Shown here piece after piece: positions 54,425-64,000 of a stretch of 64,000 nt of DNA; the first letter of the stretch is position 1; each line of letters starts with the position of its first letter. Below the pieces are notes generated by a model, which was not told where the DNA came from, ran no database searches, and was given only the letters and a program-made list of their open reading frames with translations. A program made the position numbers and the translations under genes. Source of the stretch: an uncultured Nitrospinota bacterium (lineage in GTDB: Bacteria > Tectomicrobia > Entotheonellia > J063 > CAVPRW01); contig CAVPRW010000018.1 of assembly GCA_963707985.1 (NCBI GenBank), positions 177,896 to 241,895 on the forward strand, read 5' to 3'.

Positions 54425-55993
54425 TTGGACGCAACCTTTATTCTCATGGCGACTGGAGCGTTAGGAATGGGAGGCGGGGGCCTCCTGGTCGGCTATCTGC
54501 TGCGGAAAGTAGGTGTTGAGCGCCACCGACGGACGATCCAAGAAGAAGCGCAACGCCTCCGAGATGAGGCCATGAAGGATGCCGAGAGTAAGCGCAAAGA
54601 GGCGTTGCTGGAGGCTAAAGAGCATTGGTTTCGCACCAAAGCAGAGTTTGAACAGGAAACCGAGGAGCGTCGGAAGGAGTTACAGAAATTCGAGCAGCGC
54701 ATCGGTCAGCGTGAAAATAGTCTGGATCGGCGCACGGAAATGCTCGATCGGCGCGAACGGGAACTCAGTCGCACGGAACGGCGCATCATTGAGCGGGAAG
54801 AACACATCGCCGGGATGGAATTACGCACGCAGCACATGCTGGATGAGGAGCTGAGGAAATTAGAGCACATCTCCGGTTTGACCAAGCCGGAGGCAAAAGA
54901 CGAACTTCGACAACGTTTACTTGGGGACGTGAAGCACGACGCGGCTGAGGAGGCCCGTCGCATCATAGAGGAAAGCCGACAGAGTGCTCGCAAGAAGGCG
55001 GCAGAGATCATTGTCCTGGCCATCGAGCGTTATGCGGCGGATCACGTGGCGGAATCGACGGTGTCGGTAGTTGATTTGCCCAACGATGAAATGAAAGGGC
55101 GTATTATTGGTCGGGAAGGGCGGAATATTCGCGCCCTGGAAGTGGCGACGGGGGTTGACCTGATCATCGATGACACGCCTGAAACCGTCCTGGTCTCGGC
55201 CTTTGACCCGATCCGCCGTGAGATCGCGCGGCTCACGCTGGAGCGTCTCATCGCCGACGGCCGTATCCACCCCGCACGGATCGAAGAGATGGTGGAGAAG
55301 GTCAAGAAAGAGATCGACGAGATCACCTACCAGGCAGGCGTCGATGCCGCCTATGAAGTGGGCATCACCGACATGCATCCCGACTTGCTGCGCATCCTTG
55401 GTCGCCTGCGCTATCGTACCAGCTACACGCAGAATGTCCTGCGGCATTCGGTCGAGGCGGCGATTCTGTGCGGCATCATGGCTGCTGAGCTGGGGGTCGA
55501 TCAACGCATCGCCAAGCGTGCCGGCCTGCTGCATGACATCGGGAAGGCGCTAGATCACCAATTGGAGGGCACGCATATTTCGATCGGGGTCGATTTGTTG
55601 AAGAAATATAACGAACCCGAGGCGGTGATCAACGCCATCGAAGCCCACCACGACGATGTTGAGGCGCGTTCGGTCGAAGCCGTGCTCGTACAAGCGGCCG
55701 ACGCACTGTCAGCGGCGCGGCCCGGGGCTCGACGCGAAATGTTGCAAACCTATGTGCAGCGGTTAGCGAAAATGGAGGAAATTGCCGAGTCGTTCGAGGG
55801 AGTGGAAAAGACCTTTGCGATTCAGGCAGGGCGTGAGATCCGCGTCATCGTGACGCCGGACAAGGTGCAAGATTCTGAGGCGATTTTCCTAGCGCAAGAC
55901 ATCGCCAAGAAGATCGAGCGCGAATGCACCTACCCAGGACACATCAAGGTCATCGTATTGCGCGAGACACGTGCCGTCGAATATGCCAAGTAA
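54425..55993 (+). CDS. rny: Ribonuclease Y
   Basis: N-terminal TM helix, coiled coil, KH domain ([14 protein letters not shown]), HD domain (LLHDIGK), [10 protein letters not shown]. Confidence 0.97.
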   Translation: MDATFILMATGALGMGGGGLLVGYLLRKVGVERHRRTIQEEAQRLRDEAMKDAESKRKEALLEAKEHWFRTKAEFEQETEERRKELQKFEQRIGQRENSLDRRTEMLDRRERELSRTERRIIEREEHIAGMELRTQHMLDEELRKLEHISGLTKPEAKDELRQRLLGDVKHDAAEEARRIIEESRQSARKKAAEIIVLAIERYAADHVAESTVSVVDLPNDEMKGRIIGREGRNIRALEVATGVDLIIDDTPETVLVSAFDPIRREIARLTLERLIADGRIHPARIEEMVEKVKKEIDEITYQAGVDAAYEVGITDMHPDLLRILGRLRYRTSYTQNVLRHSVEAAILCGIMAAELGVDQRIAKRAGLLHDIGKALDHQLEGTHISIGVDLLKKYNEPEAVINAIEAHHDDVEARSVEAVLVQAADALSAARPGARREMLQTYVQRLAKMEEIAESFEGVEKTFAIQAGREIRVIVTPDKVQDSEAIFLAQDIAKKIERECTYPGHIKVIVLRETRAVEYAK

Positions 55994-56083
55994 GATGAGC
56001 ATCGAGGTTGCAACCACGGATAGGTACGGTTGAACATGAAAGCCCCCTGGGTATCTGTGGTTGCTGCCTTGTGCCTGTGAAGG

Positions 56084-56881
56084 ATGCTGTCGATGCCAAA
56101 GCGTGGGAATGGTCACGTGTGGGCGCTCGACCAAGCTGTCGACTTGCTCATCTCATCTCGCTACGTCATCGCCATGACTGGCGCTGGGGTATCGGTAGAA
56201 AGCGGCATCCCACCTTTCCGTGGGCCAGGAGGCTTGTGGACCAAGCATGGCGAACCGCCGATGGACGTCTACCAGCGTTTCTTGGCGGACCCGAAGGGCT
56301 ATTGGGAGGAGCGCCTGAAGGCTCCGAACGAAGTCGTCCAGGCTGTGGCGAAGGCGCAACCCAACGCCGGGCACAGCGCCATGGTCGAACTGGAACGAAT
56401 CGGCATCTTGCATTATCTGATCACCCAGAATATCGACAACCTCCATCGCGCTGCTGGCCATCAAAAACTGGCGGAGATTCATGGCAACGCCCAATTGTTG
56501 CGCTGCATTGGTTGCAGCCAGCGTTTCGCCAAAGAGGCGATCACCATGGCGTTCGACGACTTACCTCCCCGCTGTCCGACCTGCGGCGGCATCATTAAAT
56601 CTGACACGGTTCACTTCGGGGAGCCTATCCCGCCGGAGGTGCTGGACGTGTGTTTTCGCGAGACGCGCCAGGCCGACTGCATACTCGTGGCCGGGACGTC
56701 GGCGCTGGTCTATCCGGCCGCCTCCTTTCCGCAGCTGGTGAAGCAGCGTGGCGGTGCCCTGATCGAGGTGAACCTCTACGATACGCCTCTTAGCCCGCTC
56801 GCCGACTGTTCTCTGCAGGGGCCATTCGGGGAGATCCTACCCACACTTGTAGAGCAGGTGCGCGCCAAACTCACCGCGTGA
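56084..56881 (+). CDS. cobB: Sir2-family NAD-dependent deacylase
   Basis: TGAGVSVESGIPPFRG, TQNID, EIHG, two CxxC, GTSALVYPAA. Confidence 0.93.
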   Translation: MLSMPKRGNGHVWALDQAVDLLISSRYVIAMTGAGVSVESGIPPFRGPGGLWTKHGEPPMDVYQRFLADPKGYWEERLKAPNEVVQAVAKAQPNAGHSAMVELERIGILHYLITQNIDNLHRAAGHQKLAEIHGNAQLLRCIGCSQRFAKEAITMAFDDLPPRCPTCGGIIKSDTVHFGEPIPPEVLDVCFRETRQADCILVAGTSALVYPAASFPQLVKQRGGALIEVNLYDTPLSPLADCSLQGPFGEILPTLVEQVRAKLTA

Positions 56882-57280
56882 TTCTGTCCGATGACACATA
56901 GTTGTATAGATCAACACGATACCGCTTGGGACCAGAAGATATCTTCCATGACGATAATCGAAGGGGAACGGCAAACAACCACACCATTAGACCAGCGCTT
57001 AACCTTATCGCGCTGCCGGTCATACAAAGTGTGACAGGTGGCCAAGTCAAGAATACCCTTCAGCCTAGCCCACTACCTGCATCAGCGCCTCATAGCACAC
57101 ATCGGCCAATGGTTTCCCCCTTTCACCGCTAATCAGCGACTCATCGGCCTCAACTACGCGCCCCGCATCGGGATGAACGCAGGCAGCGGCGAGAGCTCCA
57201 GCGACTTGCTGCAGCAATTGTGACCGATCAAGCAACCGTTGGCTGACCCGACCAAGTTCTCTGAGCAGTTCTCTGAGCAG

Positions 57281-58570
57281 TTGTCATGCCCGCGCTCGGG
57301 CACCAAGCGGGATGACAATGGTGTGGGGCTCGCCAGCCTCGAGTAGGGGCGGTAGAATCGCTCGAGCTGGGCTGGCGACGAGGTCATTCAAACGCTGGTG
57401 CCGTGAGCCTGATGCGCCGTTGGACCCGGAGCCCTGTCGGCACCAAGGATTGTGGCCACCTGCCGACCGGGAGGAGAGCACGCACGGTCGAGTCTCGACC
57501 AGGGGGTATCCTGCCAGCCCCTCTGCCACGGGAGGTAGGCCCTGGACGTGAGCTGCACCCCCTGTGCGGGCGTGGATGTGCAGCCGAAGACGGTGCTGGC
57601 CTGTCGGGTGACTCCTGATCCCACCGGCCAGCAGGGGGACGGGCTCATGGAGCGCAAGGCCTGTGGGACGAGGACTGCCGACCGGCTGGCTTCGTCCGAC
57701 TGGTTGGCCGCGGCGGGCGTCACGCATGGGGCGATGGAAAGCACCGGGGCGTAGTGGAAACCGCTCGATCACATCTTGGCGGGCGCTGTGACGGGATTCC
57801 TGGTCAACGCCGCCCCCGTGAAGCAGGTGCCGGGGCGCACGACGGAGAAGGCCGACGCGCGGTGGTGGGCGAAGCTCAGGCGCCCTGGCTTGCGGCAGGC
57901 GAGCGTCCTCCCCGCGCTTGAGCCGCGCGACTGGCGGGAGCTGACGCGCGACCGCACCCGCCTGGTCCCGGAACGCCGTCGGGAGGGCACTCGGGTGCAC
58001 GGGGTCTTGGAGCGGGCCAAGATCAAGCTGGCGGCGGTCGCCACCGACAGCCTGGGGGTGTCGGCCCGCGCCATCACGCTCCTGGACACGATTCCCGGGG
58101 GGAATCAACGGGAAGGAGAGCGGCTCGTGGCGGCGTGGGGCATCGACATGACGCGCGTTGGCACGGCCGCCCGCCTGGCGGCCTGGAGTGGGGTGGCCCC
58201 TGGCCACGATGAGAGCGCCGGTCCACAACGCTCGGGGAAGATCCGCACCGGTACCCCTATCCTGCGCACGGGACTGACGCCGTGAGCTCATGCGGCGGCC
58301 CGCACCCAAGGGACCTACCGCTCGACCGTAGATCAGCGGCTGGCCGCCCGGCATAGCAAGCAGCGGGCCATCATGGCAGTGGCCCACTCGATGGTGGTCA
58401 GTGCCTGCGACAGGCGCTCCCGCCACGAACCGTATCGGGAGTTGGGGGCCCATGACTTCGATGCATGTCAGCGCACCCACCTGCCGATCGGCTCACCCGG
58501 CGGATGGAGCGGCTCGGATATCATGTCAGCCTCGAACCTGTCACTGGCGCATAGCTCTTTATTTTCACTA
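57281..58570 (+). mobile_element. Degenerate IS110-family element (pseudogenised transposase ~57541-58555 plus a structured left non-coding end)
   Basis: CAGVDV..KTV, AMESTG.*WKP, VKQVPGR.T..AD, TIPG, PGHDESAG, AIMAVAHS; stops at 57752 and 58283. Confidence 0.85.
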
Positions 58571-58710
58571 AAGCTTTTAAGAACGCCGGCGGTGCCCGGG
58601 GGCGCTCCGTTGAACGTCATGTCGTAACGCTCCTCTGTGTCCTGCTTGAAGTTGTAGATGGCGGGAAGGCCCAAGTGCAGATCGGGCCCGAGCCACGTGT
58701 CCTTAAGCTC
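58571..58710 (-). pseudogene. Short fragment resembling an arylsulfatase C-terminal region
   Basis: KDTWLGP...PAIYNFKQD.EERYDMTFNGA resembles the sulfatase LYNL..DP.E motif; recalled similarity only. Confidence 0.45.
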
Positions 58711-59010
58711 ACCCGGCGGCGCTGGGATGTAGCGTGGACGCTCAACGAAGCGGCGCTCACCTACGACCGCAAGGGCGACGGGATGTACCCGCTGTTGACC
58801 AACGACCGGACCCTGACCCCGGCCCGGGTCCTCGAGGCCCAGAAAGGGGCAACCGACGATCGAGAAGCGCTTCGAGCAGGTGAAGACCGTCCACGAGATC
58901 GCTCCGGTGTTCCTCAAACACGAGGGGCGGATCGAGGCGCTCTTCACCCTGTACTTCCTCGGGCTCCTCGTGCAGGCGTTGATCGAGCGGGACCTCCGCG
59001 CAGTTCTGGA
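58711..59010 (+). mobile_element. IS1634-family transposase fragment
   Basis: DGMYPLLTND...IEKRFEQVKTVHEIAPVFLK..RIEAL...LIER across a frameshift. Confidence 0.7.
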
Positions 59011-59164
59011 ACTCTTCCGAGAACTGGACAACCGAATTTGGGCCCGCGTATCGCGACACGATCGAAAAGCTCGAAAACCTGGTGCCCTGTAGGGGCGATT
59101 ACGCCCTCTGCTTCCATTCGAGACCCGAGCCGCCCCCTGCGAGCTCACCGAGGGCCTCGCGTGG

Positions 59165-59611
59165 GTGTTCTCCAGTCAGGAGCGGAACCCCGTATTCGGC
59201 TTCTCCCTGATCCTCCTGGTCTGGACGAATGGGACGCTTCGAATCCCGCAGGGCGTGCGGCTGTGGCGGAAAGGTGGCCCCTCGAAGTACGAATTGGCCT
59301 TAGAGTTACGCAGCTATGCCCGCAATCGACTGAGGTTGCCGGCCGCCGAGGTGCGCCGGGTGTATCGCTTCCGCGCACAGATCGAGGAAGTGATCCGGGT
59401 CTACAAGGATCAACTGGGCCTGACGGGCTGTCAAGCGCGCTCGAAAAGGGCTCAACTCCATCATATCGCCTGCTGTCGGGTCGCATTTTGTGTGTTGGAG
59501 CGGGAACGGCATGATCGGCAACTGAGCATCTACAAACTCAAGCGGCAGCTCAGTTCCAAGGGACGCTCTCATGCGCTCCCAGCTCTGGAGCGGCTGAGAA
59601 GCGCTGCGTAA
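59165..59611 (+). mobile_element. IS701/IS4-like transposase remnant with an internal deletion
   Basis: LLVWTNG..RIP..RLWRKGGPSK; YRFRAQIEEVIR..KDQLGL..CQAR (Y-R-I-E-K signature). Confidence 0.65.
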
Positions 59612-59724
59612 CCTCTGTGTATCTGCGGTTTTCTCTGTATTACGAGCCTTTTCAACTCTTGTTCGATCGCTATGAATCATATATTATCCTATATTTAGGA
59701 TTAATAACGATAGGAGGGGATGCC

Positions 59725-60162
59725 GTGCGCCGATTACAATCTCCCACGCTTGCACAATGGGACTGCAATCATCACTGGAAGGCCACGACTAGTCGACCGG
59801 GCAACGACGACCTCGTACGGGTACGCTATCTCACCTACCGGCACTGCAACTTGAAGTTAAAGACAGAGGAGCGACTGGCGGTACCATCGAGCGAAGACAA
59901 TCTCATCGATCAACTCAAAGCGCTGCTGCCGGAGGGACAGACCGTGGTGCTGTGGTACAAGGGCGTCACCGAGCTGCCGTGGACGTGGTTCAATGCCCGG
60001 TTGGCACTTCATGGGTATACCATTAACGCCAGCAAAGGCTGTGACGCAGCACGTCTGGTGGCGTGTATAGGCGAAGATAAGGGGGTGGAGAAGTTTGGTC
60101 TCTTCGAGCTTCGACGAGTAGAACGCGACTCTCTGCGCCTAAACCTGGTGACAAATCGGTGA
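59725..60162 (+). CDS. Hypothetical protein
   Basis: AGGAGG RBS before GTG; open frame of about 145 aa upstream of the integrase. Confidence 0.45.
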   Translation: MRRLQSPTLAQWDCNHHWKATTSRPGNDDLVRVRYLTYRHCNLKLKTEERLAVPSSEDNLIDQLKALLPEGQTVVLWYKGVTELPWTWFNARLALHGYTINASKGCDAARLVACIGEDKGVEKFGLFELRRVERDSLRLNLVTNR

Positions 60163-60237
60163 CATCATGTATAAAAGCCACTGCTGCCGCAGATTAGCGG
60201 ACACGCGCGGGCGCTTCAATCCTAGGGGGGAATCACT

Positions 60238-61344
60238 ATGGCGAAGGATGGGCACATCTATAAGCGTGGGAATGTCTACTGGATCAAGTATTACCGTGGC
60301 GGCAAACCTTACTATGAATCGACAAAGTCAATCAGGGAGACGGATGCTAAGCGCCTCTTGAGGCAGCGCCTAGAGTAGATTTCAGAGGGACGCTTCTTGG
60401 GTCTGCGGCCCGAACGGGTGCGATTCGAAGCGCTGGCGCAAGATTTTCTGAACGATTATCGCATTCATGGCAAGCGCTCACTGGATAAGGCCGAACGTAG
60501 CGTCCGGCACCTCCAACGGTTCTTCGGGGGCATGCGTGCCGTCGACATTGCCACCGATAAAGTACGGACCTACATCAGCGAACGTCAGCATGAAGCGGTA
60601 TCCAATGCTGAAATCAATCGTGAGTTGGCGGCCTTGAAGCGCATGTTCAACCTGGCCCTCCAACAGACCCCGCCCAAGGTGCCCCAGCAGCCCTATATTC
60701 CCATGCTCCAAGAGCACAACGTGAGGAAAGGCTTCTTCGAGCACGATGAATTTATCGCGTTGCGGGCGGCCTTGCCGCCTAAACTGAGACCAGTGGTAAC
60801 GTTCGCCTACCATACCGGATGGCGGAAACAGGAGATGCTGCGGCTCATGTGGGAGTGCATCGATCTACAGGCGCGCGTTGTTCGCCTAGACCCAGGAACC
60901 ACCAAGAAGCGGGATGGACGCCTTATCTACCTAGATGGTGAGTTGTTGGAGGTGGTGACAACACTGAAGCAGGAGCATGATCTGCACTACCCTCACTGCA
61001 CCTGGGTCTTCCATCGGCATGGAGTCCCTATCAAGGACTTCCGGGCAGCGTGGGATGCAGCATGCCGAGCGGTGGGGCTAGAAGGAAGGCTTTTCCACGA
61101 TTTCCGGCGAACCGCCGTCAGAAACATGGTACGAGCTGGTATCCCTGAGCGAGTCGCTCAACAAATTTCTGGTCACAAAACTCGCTCGGTCTTCGATCGC
61201 TATTACATCGTTAGTGACAGCGATCTTCGCGAGGCAGCGAGACGCCATGCTGCCTATGTGACCAACGAAATGGTTACAAAAACGGTTACAGTTGGCAAAA
61301 TCGAACAGTTATGGCAAGAATCAAAGAGCTATGTAATTCCTTGA
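60238..61344 (+). pseudogene. Tyrosine recombinase/integrase with an in-frame TAG at 60376-60378
   Basis: ATG 60238 MAKDGHIYKRGNVYWI is in frame with ORF 60397-61344; catalytic TGWR, FHDFRRT, SGHK, RY. Confidence 0.9.
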
Positions 61345-61353
61345 TTTTACTAA

Positions 61354-61439
61354 TGCCGAGGGTCGGACTCGAACCGACACGGCAGTCGCCCACCGCAGGA
61401 TTTTAAGTCCTGTGCGTCTACCCATTCCGCCACCCCGGC
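61354..61439 (-). tRNA. tRNA-Leu (anticodon TAA); CCA not encoded
   Basis: GCCGGGG/CCTCGGC acceptor stem, D-loop GG, CAGGA-CTTAAAA-TCCTG anticodon arm, long variable arm, GTTCGAG T-loop, discriminator A. Confidence 0.97.
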
Positions 61440-61443
61440 AGTA

Positions 61444-61452
61444 ATTATAACA
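61444..61452 (-). promoter_or_regulatory. Extended -10 promoter for tRNA-Leu
   Basis: TGTTATAAT (TGnTATAAT) 4 nt upstream of the tRNA 5' end, just after the integrase stop. Confidence 0.6.
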
Positions 61453-61453
61453 A

Positions 61454-62530
61454 TCACTTATGAGAGCCTAGCTCATGTGATAACGATCGCTGTGCTAGAT
61501 TTGTGATAAACTGATGCTGTTGTGCTGCCGCTCGCCTCAAATCGTCCTCATCGAAAGAATTGTATCGTTGGAACACCGCCATCGTTTTATGCCCCGTAAT
61601 CTTCATGGCTGTGAGGGCGTCTATCCCGGCCCGGCGCATATTGGTCACGGCTGTATGCCGCAAATCATGAAAGTGAAAGTCGGTGAGGCCCGCTTCCTGG
61701 CATGCCCTGTCGAATGCGCCGCGGATACTTTTAATGGGCTCCCCGTTACGATGAAAAACATGGCCGGTGGCACACCGTACCGGTGATTGCATAACATCTT
61801 TTAAGAGCGGCGTCAACGTCGCATTTAGCGGGACGAGGCGACCTCGCTGCGTTTTCGTGTCTACTCCCTCCAACCGGATCAACCCCTTGCTCAAATCTAC
61901 TTGGTTCCAGCGCAGATTGAGAATCTCACCACGGCGCATCCCCGTATAATACGCTAAGGTAACCACAAGATGGAGAGATGAGGGTAATGCATCGAGTAGC
62001 CGTTGAAACTCCTCCGACGACAGCACCCGATCCCGTATATTGTGCTCTTGCAGCCGTTCGACCGCTGCCATCGGGTTTCTATCCGCTTTCTTGTGGCGGA
62101 TCGCGAGGTTGAACATTTTACTGAGGGCTGCAAGCTCCCGGTTCACGGTTGCAGGACGGGTCGGCCTCCCAAGTCTGGAGTGTTGTTGTAGCCGAGTCCT
62201 GACATAAGTCTCGATTGCCTCGGGTGTAATCTCGGCAATCCGCTTGTCGCCGAAATAGGTGCTCAGATGCTTGACGCTCGTTTCAGCCCGATTCAAGGAC
62301 CGTCGGCCTCGCTCTTGATAGAACCGCAGGAAGCCTTGTGCTAGTTCTTCAAAGCTAACCTTGCCCTCCTTCTTCACATCAAACAGGCGCTGCTCCCGGA
62401 TCTCCACCTGCCGTTTGCCTAGGAGGTCTCTCGCAAAGTGCTTATTGTCCATTCCAGTGCTCTCACGATATTGTTTCCCTTGAGAGGAGTAAGAAATCCA
62501 GTAGATGTCCCCTCGCTTATAGACGCCCAT
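61454..62530 (-). CDS. Tyrosine recombinase/integrase, intact
   Basis: GGAGG RBS; MGVYKRGDIYWI; TGMR, K, FHDLRHT, TGHK, RY. Confidence 0.95.
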   Translation of the reverse strand: MGVYKRGDIYWISYSSQGKQYRESTGMDNKHFARDLLGKRQVEIREQRLFDVKKEGKVSFEELAQGFLRFYQERGRRSLNRAETSVKHLSTYFGDKRIAEITPEAIETYVRTRLQQHSRLGRPTRPATVNRELAALSKMFNLAIRHKKADRNPMAAVERLQEHNIRDRVLSSEEFQRLLDALPSSLHLVVTLAYYTGMRRGEILNLRWNQVDLSKGLIRLEGVDTKTQRGRLVPLNATLTPLLKDVMQSPVRCATGHVFHRNGEPIKSIRGAFDRACQEAGLTDFHFHDLRHTAVTNMRRAGIDALTAMKITGHKTMAVFQRYNSFDEDDLRRAAAQQHQFITNLAQRSLSHELGSHK

Positions 62531-62766
62531 CCCTCCTCTCTCCTAAACTCATTATTTTTTCAACTTCGGACGCGGCTCCAAAAACACATCGTCTCCCATT
62601 TGCCCATCTTCATCAGCGAGGGAACTCGATGATGCCACAGCCAGTGGCCGAAGGGCGCTCCCCAGGCACGGTGCCGGGCGTATCATCGTCGATCGGTTCA
62701 TGACAAGCCGTTCACGCACGTAACGGGGTCAAAATGGCCCATCCCACTTTGCGGACTCCATATTAA

Positions 62767-62795
62767 ATTTTACCATTTCAATTGAAAATGAACAA
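62767..62795 (-). promoter_or_regulatory. Promoter toward the integrase with a palindromic spacer
   Basis: TTGTTC-N17-TAAAAT with extended TG; perfect palindrome TTTCAATTGAAA at 62776-62787. Confidence 0.55.
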
Positions 62796-63174
62796 GTATT
62801 AACTCTCCAAATATCGTATGTTGTCCAACATGTTGTGAAACGGCTCAGGGGCGTCAATGACCTCACCCTGGGCTTCCTGCTAGATAATATGATCTAAGTA
62901 TCGGCAATTCCTGGAATATGCCGCTTACCTCGCCGCGTATGTCTGATTTTTGTTGCTCATCTCCTTAATTTCCATTACAAAGGAACCTATCTTTGCAGAC
63001 TTGCGCAAGAGCTTCGAAGTGGAACTGAGTCGTTGCAACGAATTCTGAGACCTGGCCTCGGCTGATTTCGTTGACTCGTAAGAGCTGGAGGAGACCGAAA
63101 AGAGCGCTGATGGGGGCGGAAAACGCCCTCGAATAGCTCCGGCCATTGACCGTATGAAACGCCCAGGATAAGCT

Positions 63175-63960
63175 GTGGCAACTATGGCCGCTTCCAACCT
63201 GATGGGGTTCCGCAACGGTGCGACGAGCGTGCATACGAGTCGCACGATCATGCTCCGTGAGCTCATGCTGCTCCTGGCGCATGTGAGTGCCGATGCCCCG
63301 GCATCGAAATACTTGGACGCGATCGTCGACGACAACGTCCTCGGTAAGCCGACACGTGCCACCCGCCAACGCACAGCACAGCGCCTCATCGAACTCTACG
63401 CCCTCGATCCCGGCTGTACCCTTTTTCGACTCCTTCGCGATGTCTGGCCCGCGGAGACTGCAAGTCAGCCCATGCTGGCCTTCTTGGTGGCATGTGCGCG
63501 CGATCCCCTGCTCCGCGCCACGACACCATTCGTAATTATCATCCCACTAGGCGACACAGTCACACCAGGGGCAGTTGCCGCGCACCTGCAAGAACTCTAT
63601 CCATCCCGCTTTCGGCCATCCACCCTGATTGCCACGGCCCAGCGGCTGGCCTCATCGTGGGCGCAAGCCGGGTATCTTCAGGGTAAGCAGACCAAGCGAC
63701 GGGTGCACCCGCAGATCACCCCGGTTGTCACCGCCTTCGCCCTGCTGCTGGGTTACCTCTGTGGCCTACGGGGCGCACGATTGTTCGAGTCAGCTTGGGC
63801 CCAGCTCCTGGACTGTCCACCGGCCGAGCTGACCGAACTCACGGTGGAGGCCTCGACGCAGGAATGGTTGCGCTATAAGGCCGCCGGGTACGTGGTCGAG
63901 GTGACCTTCCCGGGACTGCTGACCCCGGCTGAAGAACGGGCTGCGTATGAACCGCATTGA
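63175..63960 (+). CDS. BREX-associated BrxA-like protein
   Basis: HTSRTIML.EL, NVLGK.T...R, LYALDP, RDPLL, SSW.QAG.LQG motifs recalled from genes preceding DUF1788/BrxB; overlaps the next gene. Confidence 0.7.
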   Translation: MATMAASNLMGFRNGATSVHTSRTIMLRELMLLLAHVSADAPASKYLDAIVDDNVLGKPTRATRQRTAQRLIELYALDPGCTLFRLLRDVWPAETASQPMLAFLVACARDPLLRATTPFVIIIPLGDTVTPGAVAAHLQELYPSRFRPSTLIATAQRLASSWAQAGYLQGKQTKRRVHPQITPVVTAFALLLGYLCGLRGARLFESAWAQLLDCPPAELTELTVEASTQEWLRYKAAGYVVEVTFPGLLTPAEERAAYEPH

Positions 63961-64000
63961 TCTGCTGAAACGCAACTATGCACGGATCTGCGGTCTGCCG
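63947..64000 (+). CDS. 5' end of a BrxB (DUF1788)-like gene, cut by the window edge
   Basis: MNRIDLLKRNYARICGLP resembles BrxB N-termini; only 18 codons visible. Confidence 0.5.
   Translation, partial: MNRIDLLKRNYARICGLP

Noticed and set aside
56882..57280. att duplicate of the tRNA-Leu 3' end marking the left island boundary
   Set aside because: No match to the tRNA 3' sequence found; only a 12-bp tandem repeat (AGTTCTCTGAGC x2) next to the IS110 end.
60376..60378. TAG read-through (pyrrolysine) in the left integrase
   Set aside because: No pyl context; a simple nonsense mutation or base error in a decaying element is more parsimonious.
62925..63389. Minus-strand ORFs overlapping the brxA-like start
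   Set aside because: Mostly antisense to the brxA-like gene, with no recognisable motifs or clear RBS.
1..64000. CRISPR array or rRNA genes
   Set aside because: No regularly spaced repeat-spacer array, cas gene or rRNA-like sequence seen.

Overview
GC-rich bacterial chromosomal window. The gene repertoire (class III cyclase-STAND ATPase, LLM/F420 oxidoreductase, glycine-reductase-like selenoprotein, many decayed IS) suggests a Tectomicrobia/Rokubacteria-like soil or sponge lineage; this is inference only. 0-14.6 kb: a zinc-ribbon/adenylate cyclase/AAA protein, then a three-module NRPS (A-T-C-A-T-C-A-T-C) with an oxalate-CoA-ligase-like starter, an apparently deleted epimerase domain, an Asp-type third A domain and no thioesterase, whose last codons are interrupted by an IS3 element. 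15-27 kb: DyP peroxidase, a sigma-54 activator with a divergent -24/-12 promoter driving a small secreted protein, and catabolic genes. 27.5-31.8 kb: a three-gene grdB-grdE-grdC-like cluster with an in-frame UGA (selenocysteine) and a SECIS-like hairpin. 32-57 kb: mixed metabolic, repair and housekeeping genes (lexA, hpaB-like, gabD-like, avidin, fasciclin, thiolase, modB, nfi, uvrC/cho-like, ygfA, rny, cobB). 57-64 kb: IS110/IS1634/IS701 debris, a tRNA-Leu(TAA) wedged between two related tyrosine integrases, and the start of a BREX-like defence locus. At least seven unrelated genes carry single-base frameshifts, so many breaks are probably long-read assembly errors. All family assignments come from motif recognition by eye, not from database searches.
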